Positions 39,362 to 48,451 of a stretch of 51,017 nt of DNA are shown piece after piece. The notes beneath the pieces are model-generated. The model saw nothing but the letters and a program-made list of their open reading frames with translations. It did no database searches and had not been told where the DNA came from. The DNA lies in NCBI GenBank assembly GCA_943913625.1, contig CALTYW010000001.1, positions 1-51,017 of the forward strand, read 5' to 3'. The translations under genes were made by a program, and so were the position numbers. Numbering within the stretch: the first letter of the stretch is position 1; each line of letters begins with the position of its first letter. Source of the stretch: an uncultured Campylobacter sp. (GTDB taxonomy: Bacteria > Actinomycetota > Actinomycetes > Mycobacteriales > Mycobacteriaceae).

Positions 39362-40885
39362 ATGACCCAGATACTCGACTGGTCGCAGCGGTTCAGCTTC
39401 GGCAGCGCCCGCCCGACCAGCGCGATCAGCCTTATCTGCATCCACGTCACGGTCAACCGGCCTGGCACGCCTGCGGAGAACGTGGCGAACTACCAAATCC
39501 GCTCGCAGTCCGGTTCGTATCACGAGCTGGTTGACACCCGCCCGGTGGTGCTGATCGAGAACACGGACGACTGGCGCACCTGGTCGTCCGGCAACCGTGG
39601 CAACGATATCGGCTGGCACTTGTCGTTCGTCGTGATGGGCAACGAGACCCGCGAGCAGTGGCTTGCCCAGGACGCGATGCTGCGAGCCGGTGCGAAACGC
39701 TGCGCGATCCGTGCGAAGAAGTACGGCATCCCGGTCGTGAAGCTCACGGCTGCGGATCTGCGCGCCGGGAAGCGCGGCTTCTGTGGCCACCTGGAGACCG
39801 GCCAAGCCTGGGGCGGCACAGACCACGTAGACCCCGGCAAGCACTTCCCCTGGGACGTGTTTCTGCGCTACGTCCGCGAATACATGGGCCAAGCACCCGC
39901 CCCGGCTGCGAAGCCAGCGGCCCCGGCACCCAAGGTCACTAAGGCGGGCGAGCGCATGCTTGACTACCCGCGAGACCAGGTCAAGCAGGACACCGGCTAC
40001 AACTGCGGCCCCGCGAGTGTGCAGACCGCGATCCGCGCTGCCGGTGGGCCGCTTGTGTCGGAATCGACGCTGGCGCGGGAGCTGCGCACCTCCACCAGGG
40101 GCACGGACTACATCGGGCAGTTCCCCAAGGTGCTCGACAAGTACATCCCAGGCGCGAAGTACAAACACACCGACATCCCGAACGACCCGCCCACGAACTC
40201 GCAGAAAGAAAAATTCTGGGCTGATCTGACCGGCTCCATCAACGCCGGCCACGCCGTCGTGGTGAACATCTGCGCCCCGCCGTCGAACTACCCGCGTGCG
40301 GTGTGGCCGTCCACCATTTCCCCGAACTACAGGGGCGGCACCGTGTGGCACTACATCCTCGCCACCGGATACGCCGGCGAGGGCAAGAACCGCCGCGTCT
40401 GGATCGCAGATAGCGGTTTCGACCCGTACGGCTACTGGATCAGCTTTGACCAGCTCGCCACTCTCGTCCCACCCAAGGGCTACGCGTACAGCGTCGCCCA
40501 ACCAACCACAACCTCTAAGGAGACCCCAGTGTCCTCAACCCGCGTCATCCTCGGCGGCGAATCCGCAGCCGCCCTCCACGAAGCCAAGATCAGCTCCAAG
40601 AATGTCGAGGACGCCACTCGCCGCCTGGAGCGCACCGTCACCCTGATCGCAGACCAGCTGCTCGGCTGGCCGAAGAACGACAAGGGCGAATACCTCATTT
40701 CCGGCTGGGACTTCGATTCGATTCTCGCGTCCGCGAAGAAGAAGCTCGACGCCGGCAAGGGCGTGACCCTCGTCGAACAGATCGCGCTACTGCAAGACCA
40801 GAACAAGCACATCATCGAAGCGGTCAAGCAGTCCAACGACTCGGTCACGCACCTGATCGACGCTTACGAAGCAGGAGTGAAGTAG
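39362..40885 (+). CDS. Endolysin: amidase, C39-like peptidase and C-terminal domain
   Basis: ICIHVT, SYH, CGH..HVDPG; QDTGYNCGPAS..WHY..ADSG. Confidence 0.9.
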   Translation: MTQILDWSQRFSFGSARPTSAISLICIHVTVNRPGTPAENVANYQIRSQSGSYHELVDTRPVVLIENTDDWRTWSSGNRGNDIGWHLSFVVMGNETREQWLAQDAMLRAGAKRCAIRAKKYGIPVVKLTAADLRAGKRGFCGHLETGQAWGGTDHVDPGKHFPWDVFLRYVREYMGQAPAPAAKPAAPAPKVTKAGERMLDYPRDQVKQDTGYNCGPASVQTAIRAAGGPLVSESTLARELRTSTRGTDYIGQFPKVLDKYIPGAKYKHTDIPNDPPTNSQKEKFWADLTGSINAGHAVVVNICAPPSNYPRAVWPSTISPNYRGGTVWHYILATGYAGEGKNRRVWIADSGFDPYGYWISFDQLATLVPPKGYAYSVAQPTTTSKETPVSSTRVILGGESAAALHEAKISSKNVEDATRRLERTVTLIADQLLGWPKNDKGEYLISGWDFDSILASAKKKLDAGKGVTLVEQIALLQDQNKHIIEAVKQSNDSVTHLIDAYEAGVK

Positions 40886-40887
40886 CT

Positions 40888-41304
40888 ATGACCAACATCA
40901 AGAACGCCACCGTTACTGCCCAGGCCGTCGGCTCCGCGTACGACACGCAGCCGGGTTGGCTTCGCTACAAGGGCACGATCCTGATTATCCTGACCGGCTT
41001 GGTGTCGACGCTGTCGCAGCTCGCCGCGATGCCCGAGTGGGACGGCACCACCCTCGGTGTCGGCTTCACCATCGCCGCCACCGTCATCGGCGCGGCCATC
41101 AACCGTGGCACCAAGGACGGCATCACCCCGTCGATGGTCTCCAGGATCGCCCGCTTCGCCCCGGAGGACACCACCCCGGACTGCGAGCCGGAGCAGGCAC
41201 ACCCGCTGGAGTTCCCGGTGGTCGATCCTGACCTGGACTACGACGAGTACATCACCAACATGGCCACCCCGGAAACCGGACGCCACCGCGCCGGGGAGGT
41301 GTAG
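40888..41304 (+). CDS. Holin
   Basis: Two transmembrane segments; directly after the lysin. Confidence 0.7.
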   Translation: MTNIKNATVTAQAVGSAYDTQPGWLRYKGTILIILTGLVSTLSQLAAMPEWDGTTLGVGFTIAATVIGAAINRGTKDGITPSMVSRIARFAPEDTTPDCEPEQAHPLEFPVVDPDLDYDEYITNMATPETGRHRAGEV

Positions 41305-41309
41305 CCGTC

Positions 41310-41807
41310 GTGCCCATCGAGCACCTGCCGCCGCGTATGCGGCCCAAGGCCCGCCGCTTCCGCGACTGGTTCGCCACCGACAAAGGGATCATCCTGATCC
41401 TCGCGCTCGGGTTCTTCTGCCGCGCCCTGTCGTACCTGCTGGAAGCCCCGAGGCTGATGCAGCACGCGCTGGAGCTGCGCGCCGGGTGGATCAGCCCGCT
41501 CATTTGGACGTTTGGCACGGTGCTATTGGTGTGCGCGCTGCGGGTTGATAGTCGCCAGCTGGAGCGCGTGGCCTTGTCGTACGCCGTCGGCGTGTGCTCG
41601 CTGTGGACGGTGATGTACATTTTCACGCCCGCGGTGCCGATCCCAGGCCAGTGGTGGTGGCCGCTCGACTGGGTGCGCGTGGTGATTGAGTACTTCGGCA
41701 ACTTCCTGCTGCGGGGCAGCATGTACGCCACCGCAGGCGCTTTGGCGTGGTACACCGTGTGGCGCGACAGCCACGGCGGAATCAGAGTGAGGGGAGCACA
41801 TGACTGA
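41310..41807 (+). CDS. Multi-pass membrane protein (lysis cassette)
   Basis: About four hydrophobic segments. Confidence 0.65.
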   Translation: MPIEHLPPRMRPKARRFRDWFATDKGIILILALGFFCRALSYLLEAPRLMQHALELRAGWISPLIWTFGTVLLVCALRVDSRQLERVALSYAVGVCSLWTVMYIFTPAVPIPGQWWWPLDWVRVVIEYFGNFLLRGSMYATAGALAWYTVWRDSHGGIRVRGAHD

Positions 41808-42192
41808 CAAGCTCGACTTCGCAGCTATCGACAACCCGTGGCAAGCGCTCGTGTTCGTCGTGTGCTTCGGCTTCGCCGTACTCGCCTACGTCGCCATGAA
41901 CCGCACCAAAAAGGGCGCGGAGAAAAAGGTGGACGAGACAGAGCGAGTGGTCAAACAGGCTGCGGAGGTACCGGAACTTTGGGACACCGTTGATTTCCTC
42001 ACCAAGCAGGCGAAGACCATGTCGGAGGAACTGGCGCGCCAGGGCCGCAAGCTCGAAGCAATGGAACCGATTGTCAACGAGCGTTACCCGGCTGCGGTGA
42101 ACCACATCCGTGTGCTGCATAAGGCTCGCCCGGAGCTGGACGAGCTGCACCCGATTCCCGAGGTGCTGCGCGAAGACCTGCGGGTGCGGTAG
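41800..42192 (+). CDS. Membrane-anchored coiled-coil protein (lysis cassette)
   Basis: One transmembrane segment followed by a helical region. Confidence 0.65.
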   Translation: MTDKLDFAAIDNPWQALVFVVCFGFAVLAYVAMNRTKKGAEKKVDETERVVKQAAEVPELWDTVDFLTKQAKTMSEELARQGRKLEAMEPIVNERYPAAVNHIRVLHKARPELDELHPIPEVLREDLRVR

Positions 42193-42203
42193 CTGGAGGG
42201 CCG

Positions 42204-42212
42204 TGCTATATT
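42204..42212 (+). promoter_or_regulatory. Extended -10 promoter for the CRISPR-like RNA
   Basis: TGcTATATT a few nt upstream of repeat 1. Confidence 0.55.
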
Positions 42213-42216
42213 CAAG

Positions 42217-42342
42217 TTGTTCCCCGCGTGAGCGGGGGTGAGCCATTGTTCTTGTGCGATGTGCTCCTATTCCCTGCGTGAGCAGGGTTGAGCCGTTGTT
42301 TCTGTGCGGTGGCTCTTCTTCCCCGCGTAAGCGGGGTTTTTT
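42217..42342 (+). CRISPR. Mini-array of type I-E-like repeats with two short spacers and no cas genes
   Basis: TTGTTCCCCGCGTGAGCGGGGGTGAGCCA (42217-42245), CTATTCCCTGCGTGAGCAGGGTTGAGCCG (42267-42295), TTCTTCCCCGCGTAAGCGGGG+T6 (42316-42342); spacers of 21 and 20 nt. Confidence 0.8.
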
Positions 42343-42751
42343 ATTTCACCCACCGCTGCACCGTGGAGCGGGTGCGCCCCGTGGCCTGCGCGATCCGGTA
42401 GAGCGGAACCCCCGAATCGACCGCTGCTTTAGCCATTGCGTCGCGCCGTGCTTTGAGGTCAGCGAGCTGCTCTTCCACGGTAGTGATCTCCTCGTCCAGG
42501 GCGGTGATCTGCTGGAGCTGGGAGATGCCGCCGTTGTAGTGTTTCGTGGCCACCTCCCAAAAATCGACATCCTCGCGCTCGGCCATGCCCGACTGGTTGG
42601 CGCTGTCCCACCCCTCATCGTCGGCGGGCACCGCCACCCACTCGAGCATCTCCTGCGCAATCGCCAGAGTGTCGTAGTCGCCGGCATCCTCGCCCAGGGC
42701 GGGAATCACCACAGACTCCTCGTAGCTGTATGCGCTGCTGTAGAGCTGCAT
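42341..42751 (-). CDS. Acidic N-terminal domain fused to a C-terminal HTH (Aca-like candidate)
   Basis: GVPLYRIAQATGRTRSTVQRW; TAATG-coupled to the upstream gene. Confidence 0.75.
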   Translation of the reverse strand: MQLYSSAYSYEESVVIPALGEDAGDYDTLAIAQEMLEWVAVPADDEGWDSANQSGMAEREDVDFWEVATKHYNGGISQLQQITALDEEITTVEEQLADLKARRDAMAKAAVDSGVPLYRIAQATGRTRSTVQRWVK

Positions 42752-43176
42752 TATCGGGTGGCCTCCAGCTCTGCTGCGCGGCGTGCGGCGATCTTCGCGG
42801 CCTGCTCGCGGGCCTTGTCCTCCAGGCCGGCCAGGGCCACGTCGAAGACGCTGCCGTAGTCCTCGCCGAGGGTCTTGATGATGTCCACCATGCGACCGTC
42901 GATGCCGTAGTGCTCGCGCACCGCAGCTTTGGCTTCCTCTTCGATGGTGTAGAACGCGCCGGTGATGGCCTGGGCGAGGGTGCGGTCGATGGTTTCGATG
43001 GTCTGCATCCGGGCGCTGGCTTTGGCTCCGTGGCGGCCAGATTCACCGCGCCAGGTTTTGGCTTCGTCGCGGTCGGTGCGGGTCATGGAGATGTCGCTGG
43101 AGATGCTGGCGCGCATTGCGTCGTTGACGTAGGCGATGGTGAGGGTCTCGATGGTGGCGGTGTCGGTGATGAACAT
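42751..43176 (-). CDS. Helical hypothetical protein (anti-defence candidate)
   Basis: GAAAGGA SD before MFITDT; first gene after its own promoter. Confidence 0.7.
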   Translation of the reverse strand: MFITDTATIETLTIAYVNDAMRASISSDISMTRTDRDEAKTWRGESGRHGAKASARMQTIETIDRTLAQAITGAFYTIEEEAKAAVREHYGIDGRMVDIIKTLGEDYGSVFDVALAGLEDKAREQAAKIAARRAAELEATR

Positions 43177-43216
43177 TTGCTCGTCCTTTCGGGTGGTGTT
43201 CTTTGCTTGTGTCACC

Positions 43217-43251
43217 AGTATGACGCACTGCGTCGTACAACGCAATGCGTC
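43217..43251 (-). promoter_or_regulatory. Promoter overlapped by two palindromic operators
   Basis: TTGCGT-17-CATACT on the minus strand; GACGCAcTGCGTC (43222-43234) and ACGCAaTGCGT (43240-43250). Confidence 0.7.
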
Positions 43252-43341
43252 GCCTTTACGGGGGTGATAGCCGGGGGTAGGGTAGGACAACTGTGCAGGT
43301 CACGTCCAATGCGGAAACCCCCAACGAATAGGAGCACCCGC

Positions 43342-44418
43342 ATGGCCGACATCGTGCCCACCTACAAAGACCTCGAAACAAAACTCGTCCTACGCTGGGT
43401 CGATACCGAAGACGTCATGGCCACGCAGCGCGCCACCATCGAGGTCACACCCGAAGCCGCATATTTGGAGCTGCCGCGTGGCCTGCGCGGAGAGAAAGGT
43501 GAACCCGGCGACCCCGGCCCCGGCTTCTGGTTCCGTGACCTGATTACCGATAAGCGCCAGCTGCCGCAGAACCTGCGCGACGTGGATCGAGGCAGCGCGT
43601 TCCCCGACACGAAGTCCAAGAGCCTGTGGGTGTGGGACGGGCGTGACTACTTCGAAATCCCGAATTTCATTGGGCTTCGTGGCGAGCCGGGTAAGACGCC
43701 GCGTGTGCAGATCGGCTCTGTGGTGCCGGGTGGCGACGCCAAAGTGTCGGTCAACCAGGCCGCCAGCACGGAGGACACGTTCGTCCTGGACTTCGTGCTG
43801 CCCCAAGGCCCGGTCGGCCCGCAGGGTAAGCAGGGCGAGACGGGCGAGGCGTCGAACGTGTCTAGCTCGCCGGATGTGGACGTGTCGCGTCCGCCGAAGC
43901 CGGGTGAAGCGCTGACGTGGAACGGCTCGAAGTGGGCACCGCGCAACATGCTGTCCCCGGTGGGGCCGTGGATGATGGGTCCGAACGACTTCAATTCATT
44001 CGAGCAGAAGCTGATCGGTTCCAGCGACAAAAAGAACCATCTGATCGGCTCGATCACGGTGCCCGGCTTGCCGTTCGACTGGCGGCCCGTGATTTTGGGC
44101 GGCCACTTGCAGTGGTGGTCTGACCTTGGCATCCAGCTCAACGTGGACGTGCGTGTCGGCAACGCCCAAAAGGGCGACATCGTCGGCCACGGCGTCGGGG
44201 TGCGCAACGCCCGCCAGCTCCAGTACGTCAGCCTGCACCCGTGGTCGACCGGCAGCGTCTCCCCAGGCTCCACCTACGGCGTGGTCAAGGCCAACACGGC
44301 CACCACGATCTACGTCGTCCTGGAAAAGGTGTACGGGTCTGCGGGTGCGTGGGAGTTCACCCGCCAGAACGCCGGCCTGACGTTCATGGCCATGCCGGTG
44401 AACACCCAGTACGCGTAG
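43342..44418 (+). CDS. Minor tail protein with collagen-like repeats
   Basis: AGGAG SD; GEKGEPGDPG and GPVGPQGKQGETG. Confidence 0.8.
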   Translation: MADIVPTYKDLETKLVLRWVDTEDVMATQRATIEVTPEAAYLELPRGLRGEKGEPGDPGPGFWFRDLITDKRQLPQNLRDVDRGSAFPDTKSKSLWVWDGRDYFEIPNFIGLRGEPGKTPRVQIGSVVPGGDAKVSVNQAASTEDTFVLDFVLPQGPVGPQGKQGETGEASNVSSSPDVDVSRPPKPGEALTWNGSKWAPRNMLSPVGPWMMGPNDFNSFEQKLIGSSDKKNHLIGSITVPGLPFDWRPVILGGHLQWWSDLGIQLNVDVRVGNAQKGDIVGHGVGVRNARQLQYVSLHPWSTGSVSPGSTYGVVKANTATTIYVVLEKVYGSAGAWEFTRQNAGLTFMAMPVNTQYA

Positions 44419-44425
44419 GGGGTGC

Positions 44426-46603
44426 GTGGTGGCTGATCGTGATTTCCGCTCGTCGGAGGAACTCGCCGGCGTCACTGTCTCCAGTACGCAGGCATTGCCT
44501 GAGCCGCAGGACGGGGAGGTCAACCCGTACAACTCGTTGACGCGTGCGGATACGTTCGGGATTCGTCCTGACCTGTATTTCGAGCTGGCCCAGGCGATGC
44601 CGCAGGCACCGACGGTGGACATGCTGATTCGTCGTGCCCGTGAAGCGCTTGCCCAGTCCGAGGACAGCCTGAAGCAGTCGGATCAGGCCCGTCGGGACAG
44701 CGCTAAGGCGCTCGAAGATTCGGACGCGGCGCTGAAAGACGCTGCGGTCGCGAGGAAGCAGGCCAGGGCGAGCCTGGATCAGTCGACGGCGGCGATTGCT
44801 GAATCGAATTCGGCTGTGGCGCAGGCACGGCAGGCCGTGACGACGTCGAACGAGTACCTCCAGGTCTCCAAGGACGCTTTGGCGGACGCGGGGCGAGCAC
44901 GAGCGCGGGCCGATTCCGCGCTCGCGGAGGGTGCGAAGCAGCGCACCGTGGTTGAGCGGTCGCTGGCTGAATCTGCACAGGCGTTGGAGCGCGCCGGGGC
45001 AGCGGTGCGCAAGTCGGACGATTCCATCTCGCTGGCGCGCTCGGCGCTGGTCGACGCTGGGGCAGCTCGAGCTAAGGCTGAATCGGCGTTGTCAGAGAGC
45101 GCGGCGCAGCGGGTGCTGGTGGAGCAGTCGCTGGGCGAATCTGCTCGCGCTTTGGCGCGGGCGGGGGATTCACTGTCGCGGTCGGATCGGGCGTTGTCGG
45201 TGGCGGGTACTGCCCTGGCGGACGCGAGTACGGCGCGTACTGATGCTGCGTCGGCGTTGTCGAATTCGGGCGCTGCCCTGGATAAGTCGGATTCGTCGGT
45301 GGCGACTGCGAACGCGGCGAACAGTAGGGCGTCGTCGGCTGATCTGACGTCGGAAGCTGGGCGCAAGGTGGCGCTGGAATCGCTGGCTAAGGCGTCGCAG
45401 GCGAACACAAACGCCATCGCGGCTACGAATACCGCGCTGCGGGCCACGAATGATTCTGTGGAAGCCCTGCGTCGGGCGAATGCGGCGAACAGCCGCGCTA
45501 TAGAAGCGAACTCGGCGGCGATTTCTGCCACAAATCAGGCGGTGGCGTCGCACGGGGTGGCGATCCAGGCGACGAATGATGCTGTGTCGGCGCTGTCGGC
45601 GTCGTTGGCTGCGAACTCGCGGGCGATTGCTGCTGTGTCGGAAGCGTCGTCGGCGAACAGCAGGGCTATCTCCGCGAACAGCACCGCAATCTCGGCCACA
45701 AATACTGCCGTGTCCGCGAACAGTACCGCCATTGGTGCCACGAATAAGGCTGTGGCGGCTGTGACCGCGTCGTCGGCGGCGAACGCGAACGCTATTTCGG
45801 CGTTGTCGGATGCGTCGGCGGCGAACAGTAGGGCGATCAGGGCCACGAATTCTGCTGTTGCGGCGACGAATACCGCCGTGTCCGCGAACTCGAACGCTAT
45901 CTCCGCCACGAATAAGGCGCTGACCGCGACGAATAGCGCGGTGTCTGCCCTGGAGGTGGCGAACGGGGCGAACAGTCGAGCCATCGCCGCCACCAACCGG
46001 GCCGTGGCCGCTGCGAACGCCGCGTCAGCTGCGAACACGGACGCGATCCGCGCCACCAACCGGGCTACTTACGCGCTTACCGAAGCTATCGGCTTGGTGC
46101 ACCTGAAAAACTACGGTGCCTGGGGCATGAGCAGTGGTTACTCGCTGAACAAGGGCACAACCTACATTGATTTTGACTACCTCAAGGGGGCGTCGGGTTG
46201 TGGGTCGAACGCGATTTCCGCTGGCGGGAAGATCATCAACGGGATCCGCTTCGACGACGCTGGCCAGTGGGAAGTGAACCTACGCATGTACATCCCGTCA
46301 GCGCCAAGCAGTCTCTCGATGGAGAATGTGAAGGTGCATCTCGCGCACTGCCGAGGTAGCGAGTTTGTCGACCGGGCCACGTTCGCGACGAACGAGATGT
46401 ATGGGCACTCGATTGGTTTGCACGCGATGTTCCGAGTGCAGCCAGGTGATTACGCCTACGTGTTCGTGGATTCGAGCGCGAATCGTGGTTCGACGTTGCT
46501 GACACGCACGTCCAGGTGGGGGGACGATTACAACGAGTTGGCGGTGCGCCAGGTGTCTCGCGTTGGACAACCTGATATTCCGACAGACTACCTGCGACTC
46601 TAG
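44426..46603 (+). CDS. Tail fibre-like protein with long Ala/Ser/Asn coiled-coil stalk and beta-rich tip
   Basis: Repeating ANSxAIxATNxAV pattern. Confidence 0.75.
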   Translation: MVADRDFRSSEELAGVTVSSTQALPEPQDGEVNPYNSLTRADTFGIRPDLYFELAQAMPQAPTVDMLIRRAREALAQSEDSLKQSDQARRDSAKALEDSDAALKDAAVARKQARASLDQSTAAIAESNSAVAQARQAVTTSNEYLQVSKDALADAGRARARADSALAEGAKQRTVVERSLAESAQALERAGAAVRKSDDSISLARSALVDAGAARAKAESALSESAAQRVLVEQSLGESARALARAGDSLSRSDRALSVAGTALADASTARTDAASALSNSGAALDKSDSSVATANAANSRASSADLTSEAGRKVALESLAKASQANTNAIAATNTALRATNDSVEALRRANAANSRAIEANSAAISATNQAVASHGVAIQATNDAVSALSASLAANSRAIAAVSEASSANSRAISANSTAISATNTAVSANSTAIGATNKAVAAVTASSAANANAISALSDASAANSRAIRATNSAVAATNTAVSANSNAISATNKALTATNSAVSALEVANGANSRAIAATNRAVAAANAASAANTDAIRATNRATYALTEAIGLVHLKNYGAWGMSSGYSLNKGTTYIDFDYLKGASGCGSNAISAGGKIINGIRFDDAGQWEVNLRMYIPSAPSSLSMENVKVHLAHCRGSEFVDRATFATNEMYGHSIGLHAMFRVQPGDYAYVFVDSSANRGSTLLTRTSRWGDDYNELAVRQVSRVGQPDIPTDYLRL

Positions 46604-46615
46604 GAGGTAGCGCGC

Positions 46616-48451
46616 ATGCAGATGCAGTTCACGACGGTGAAGCGGGCGGTCAAGGCCGTGCACGTAGACGGCTACGACAATGACCGCGCCCCCGAGGTCG
46701 AACAGGTGCAAGGCTCGGTCACGTTTTACCCGATGATGGGTGAGGGTGACAGTGTCCAGGTGCAGACCGTGGAGGGGCCAGTCACGGTGGTGCTCACCCC
46801 GATTACGGTGCGGATTGCGGACGGCATGGTGATGCACCGTGGCGGTATCGGGGTGCAGCTTTTCGCCGGTGGCAAGGGGTCAGAGCCGTCGCTGATTCGG
46901 TGGCGGGCGCGGTTCACGAACCTCCAATCTGACGGCGTGCCAATCCAGCTGCGGGACGTCGTTTTCGACGCGGTGCCCGGTGGGGAAGTCGACCTCACCA
47001 CCGCAGCACCCCTCGCGAACGCGCCGGAGCCTATCGTGCGCGGCCCGCAAGGTGTGTCGATGGATTCGCTGACGGTGGAGGGCGGCGACCTCGTTGTGTG
47101 GGGCCGCTCCGAATCCGGCAAGCAGGTGCTGTCGCGGATCAAGATGTCGCAGATCACCGAACCTGCGGCACAAGCAGCAGCGGACGACACACTCGCGAAG
47201 CTCAAGAAGACGCTGGACGCCAAGGCGGACAAGGACGAGACCGCGCAGGCACTGGGAACCAAGGCCAATCAGGAAGCCGTGACCACCGCGCTGGCGCTTA
47301 AGGCCGACAAGACCGCGCTAACAACTGGGTTGTCGGGCAAGGCGGACACGTCGCACAAGCACACCTCGGCGGACGTAACCGACGCGAAGAGCACGCCGAC
47401 GGCGGGCGTGCTCGTCAAGTACGACACGGGCGGATTGTTCACCGTCGGCACCCCCAAGGTCGACGCGCACCCGACGACGAAGAAGTACGTCGAAGAAGCA
47501 CTGACGAAGAAAGCTGACAAACAGCACTCTCACCCGATCAGCGACGTCACCGGGCTACAGGCCGCGCTCGACGTCAAAGCGGCGAACGCCCACAAGCACG
47601 GACAGGGCGACATCATCGGCCTGGACACGACCTTGGCGGGCAAGGCCGATAAAACGCACAGCCACGGCTGGGATGGGATCACCGGCAAACCCACCACGTT
47701 CACCCCTGCTGCGCACAGCCACACCATCGGCAACGTGACAGGGCTACAGTCCGCCCTTGACGACAAACTCCCCAAGACGCACTTCAAGGTCGATTCCACA
47801 CTGTACGACCCGCAGCGCGTCGTAATCGACGGTTTTACAGCGTCCGATGCGCGTACTGAGGTCGCCGGGATTCTTAAGACTGCGGGGTTGACAAGCATCG
47901 GTAAAACCGGTGTGTGGTCTATCGCGGTTGGTGTTGACGCGGTTGCTGAGCATGCGCTTGGGGTGGCTGTCGGCGCGTGGTCGGTGGCTCTTGGTGAGCA
48001 GGTGGTCGCGCTTGGCTCTCTAGCGGTCGCTAGTGCCCAGTGTGCGGTCTCTATCGGCCCGTCAGCAATCGCAATGGGTACCTGGTCGCTTGCGCTGGGC
48101 GGGGCAGCCAAGGTCGGGAAAGGCGCGACGAATTCCGTCGCTCTCGGCCCCAATGCCGTCGTGAACACCCCCAACACGATTCAACTTGGGGCATCCGGTG
48201 CCACCGTCAACGTCTCCGGCGATTTGACGATCCCTGATCCGAAGCAAGGCCGTAGTGCTGCGACGAAGCATTATGTCGATACTCGCAAAGTCCAGATCAG
48301 CCAGGTCAATGGCTTGGCGGCGGAGCTGGGGGCGCGCCCGAACGCGTGGATCATCGAAACCGCTGCGGAGCTGAAGGCGACGGAGGCGAAGGCGCGGCCC
48401 GGCGACATTATTTTTGTGGACGAAACCGGCGAGAAATGGAAGGTGAGCTAA
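46616..48451 (+). CDS. Tail fibre with H-x-H repeats and YadA-head-like repeats
   Basis: HSHPISDVTGLQAALD repeats; SIAVG/SVALG/AVSIG repeats; AATKHYVD. Confidence 0.8.
   Translation: MQMQFTTVKRAVKAVHVDGYDNDRAPEVEQVQGSVTFYPMMGEGDSVQVQTVEGPVTVVLTPITVRIADGMVMHRGGIGVQLFAGGKGSEPSLIRWRARFTNLQSDGVPIQLRDVVFDAVPGGEVDLTTAAPLANAPEPIVRGPQGVSMDSLTVEGGDLVVWGRSESGKQVLSRIKMSQITEPAAQAAADDTLAKLKKTLDAKADKDETAQALGTKANQEAVTTALALKADKTALTTGLSGKADTSHKHTSADVTDAKSTPTAGVLVKYDTGGLFTVGTPKVDAHPTTKKYVEEALTKKADKQHSHPISDVTGLQAALDVKAANAHKHGQGDIIGLDTTLAGKADKTHSHGWDGITGKPTTFTPAAHSHTIGNVTGLQSALDDKLPKTHFKVDSTLYDPQRVVIDGFTASDARTEVAGILKTAGLTSIGKTGVWSIAVGVDAVAEHALGVAVGAWSVALGEQVVALGSLAVASAQCAVSIGPSAIAMGTWSLALGGAAKVGKGATNSVALGPNAVVNTPNTIQLGASGATVNVSGDLTIPDPKQGRSAATKHYVDTRKVQISQVNGLAAELGARPNAWIIETAAELKATEAKARPGDIIFVDETGEKWKVS

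Noticed and set aside
34160..40501. Long minus-strand ORFs (803, 556 and 469 aa)
   Set aside because: Antisense shadows of high-GC structural genes
42217..42342. Active adaptive CRISPR array
   Set aside because: Repeats are degenerate, spacers are short and mutually similar, and there is no leader or cas gene
42730..43341. N-terminal extension of the 562-aa ORF
   Set aside because: It overlaps the minus-strand operon; the SD supports a start at 43342
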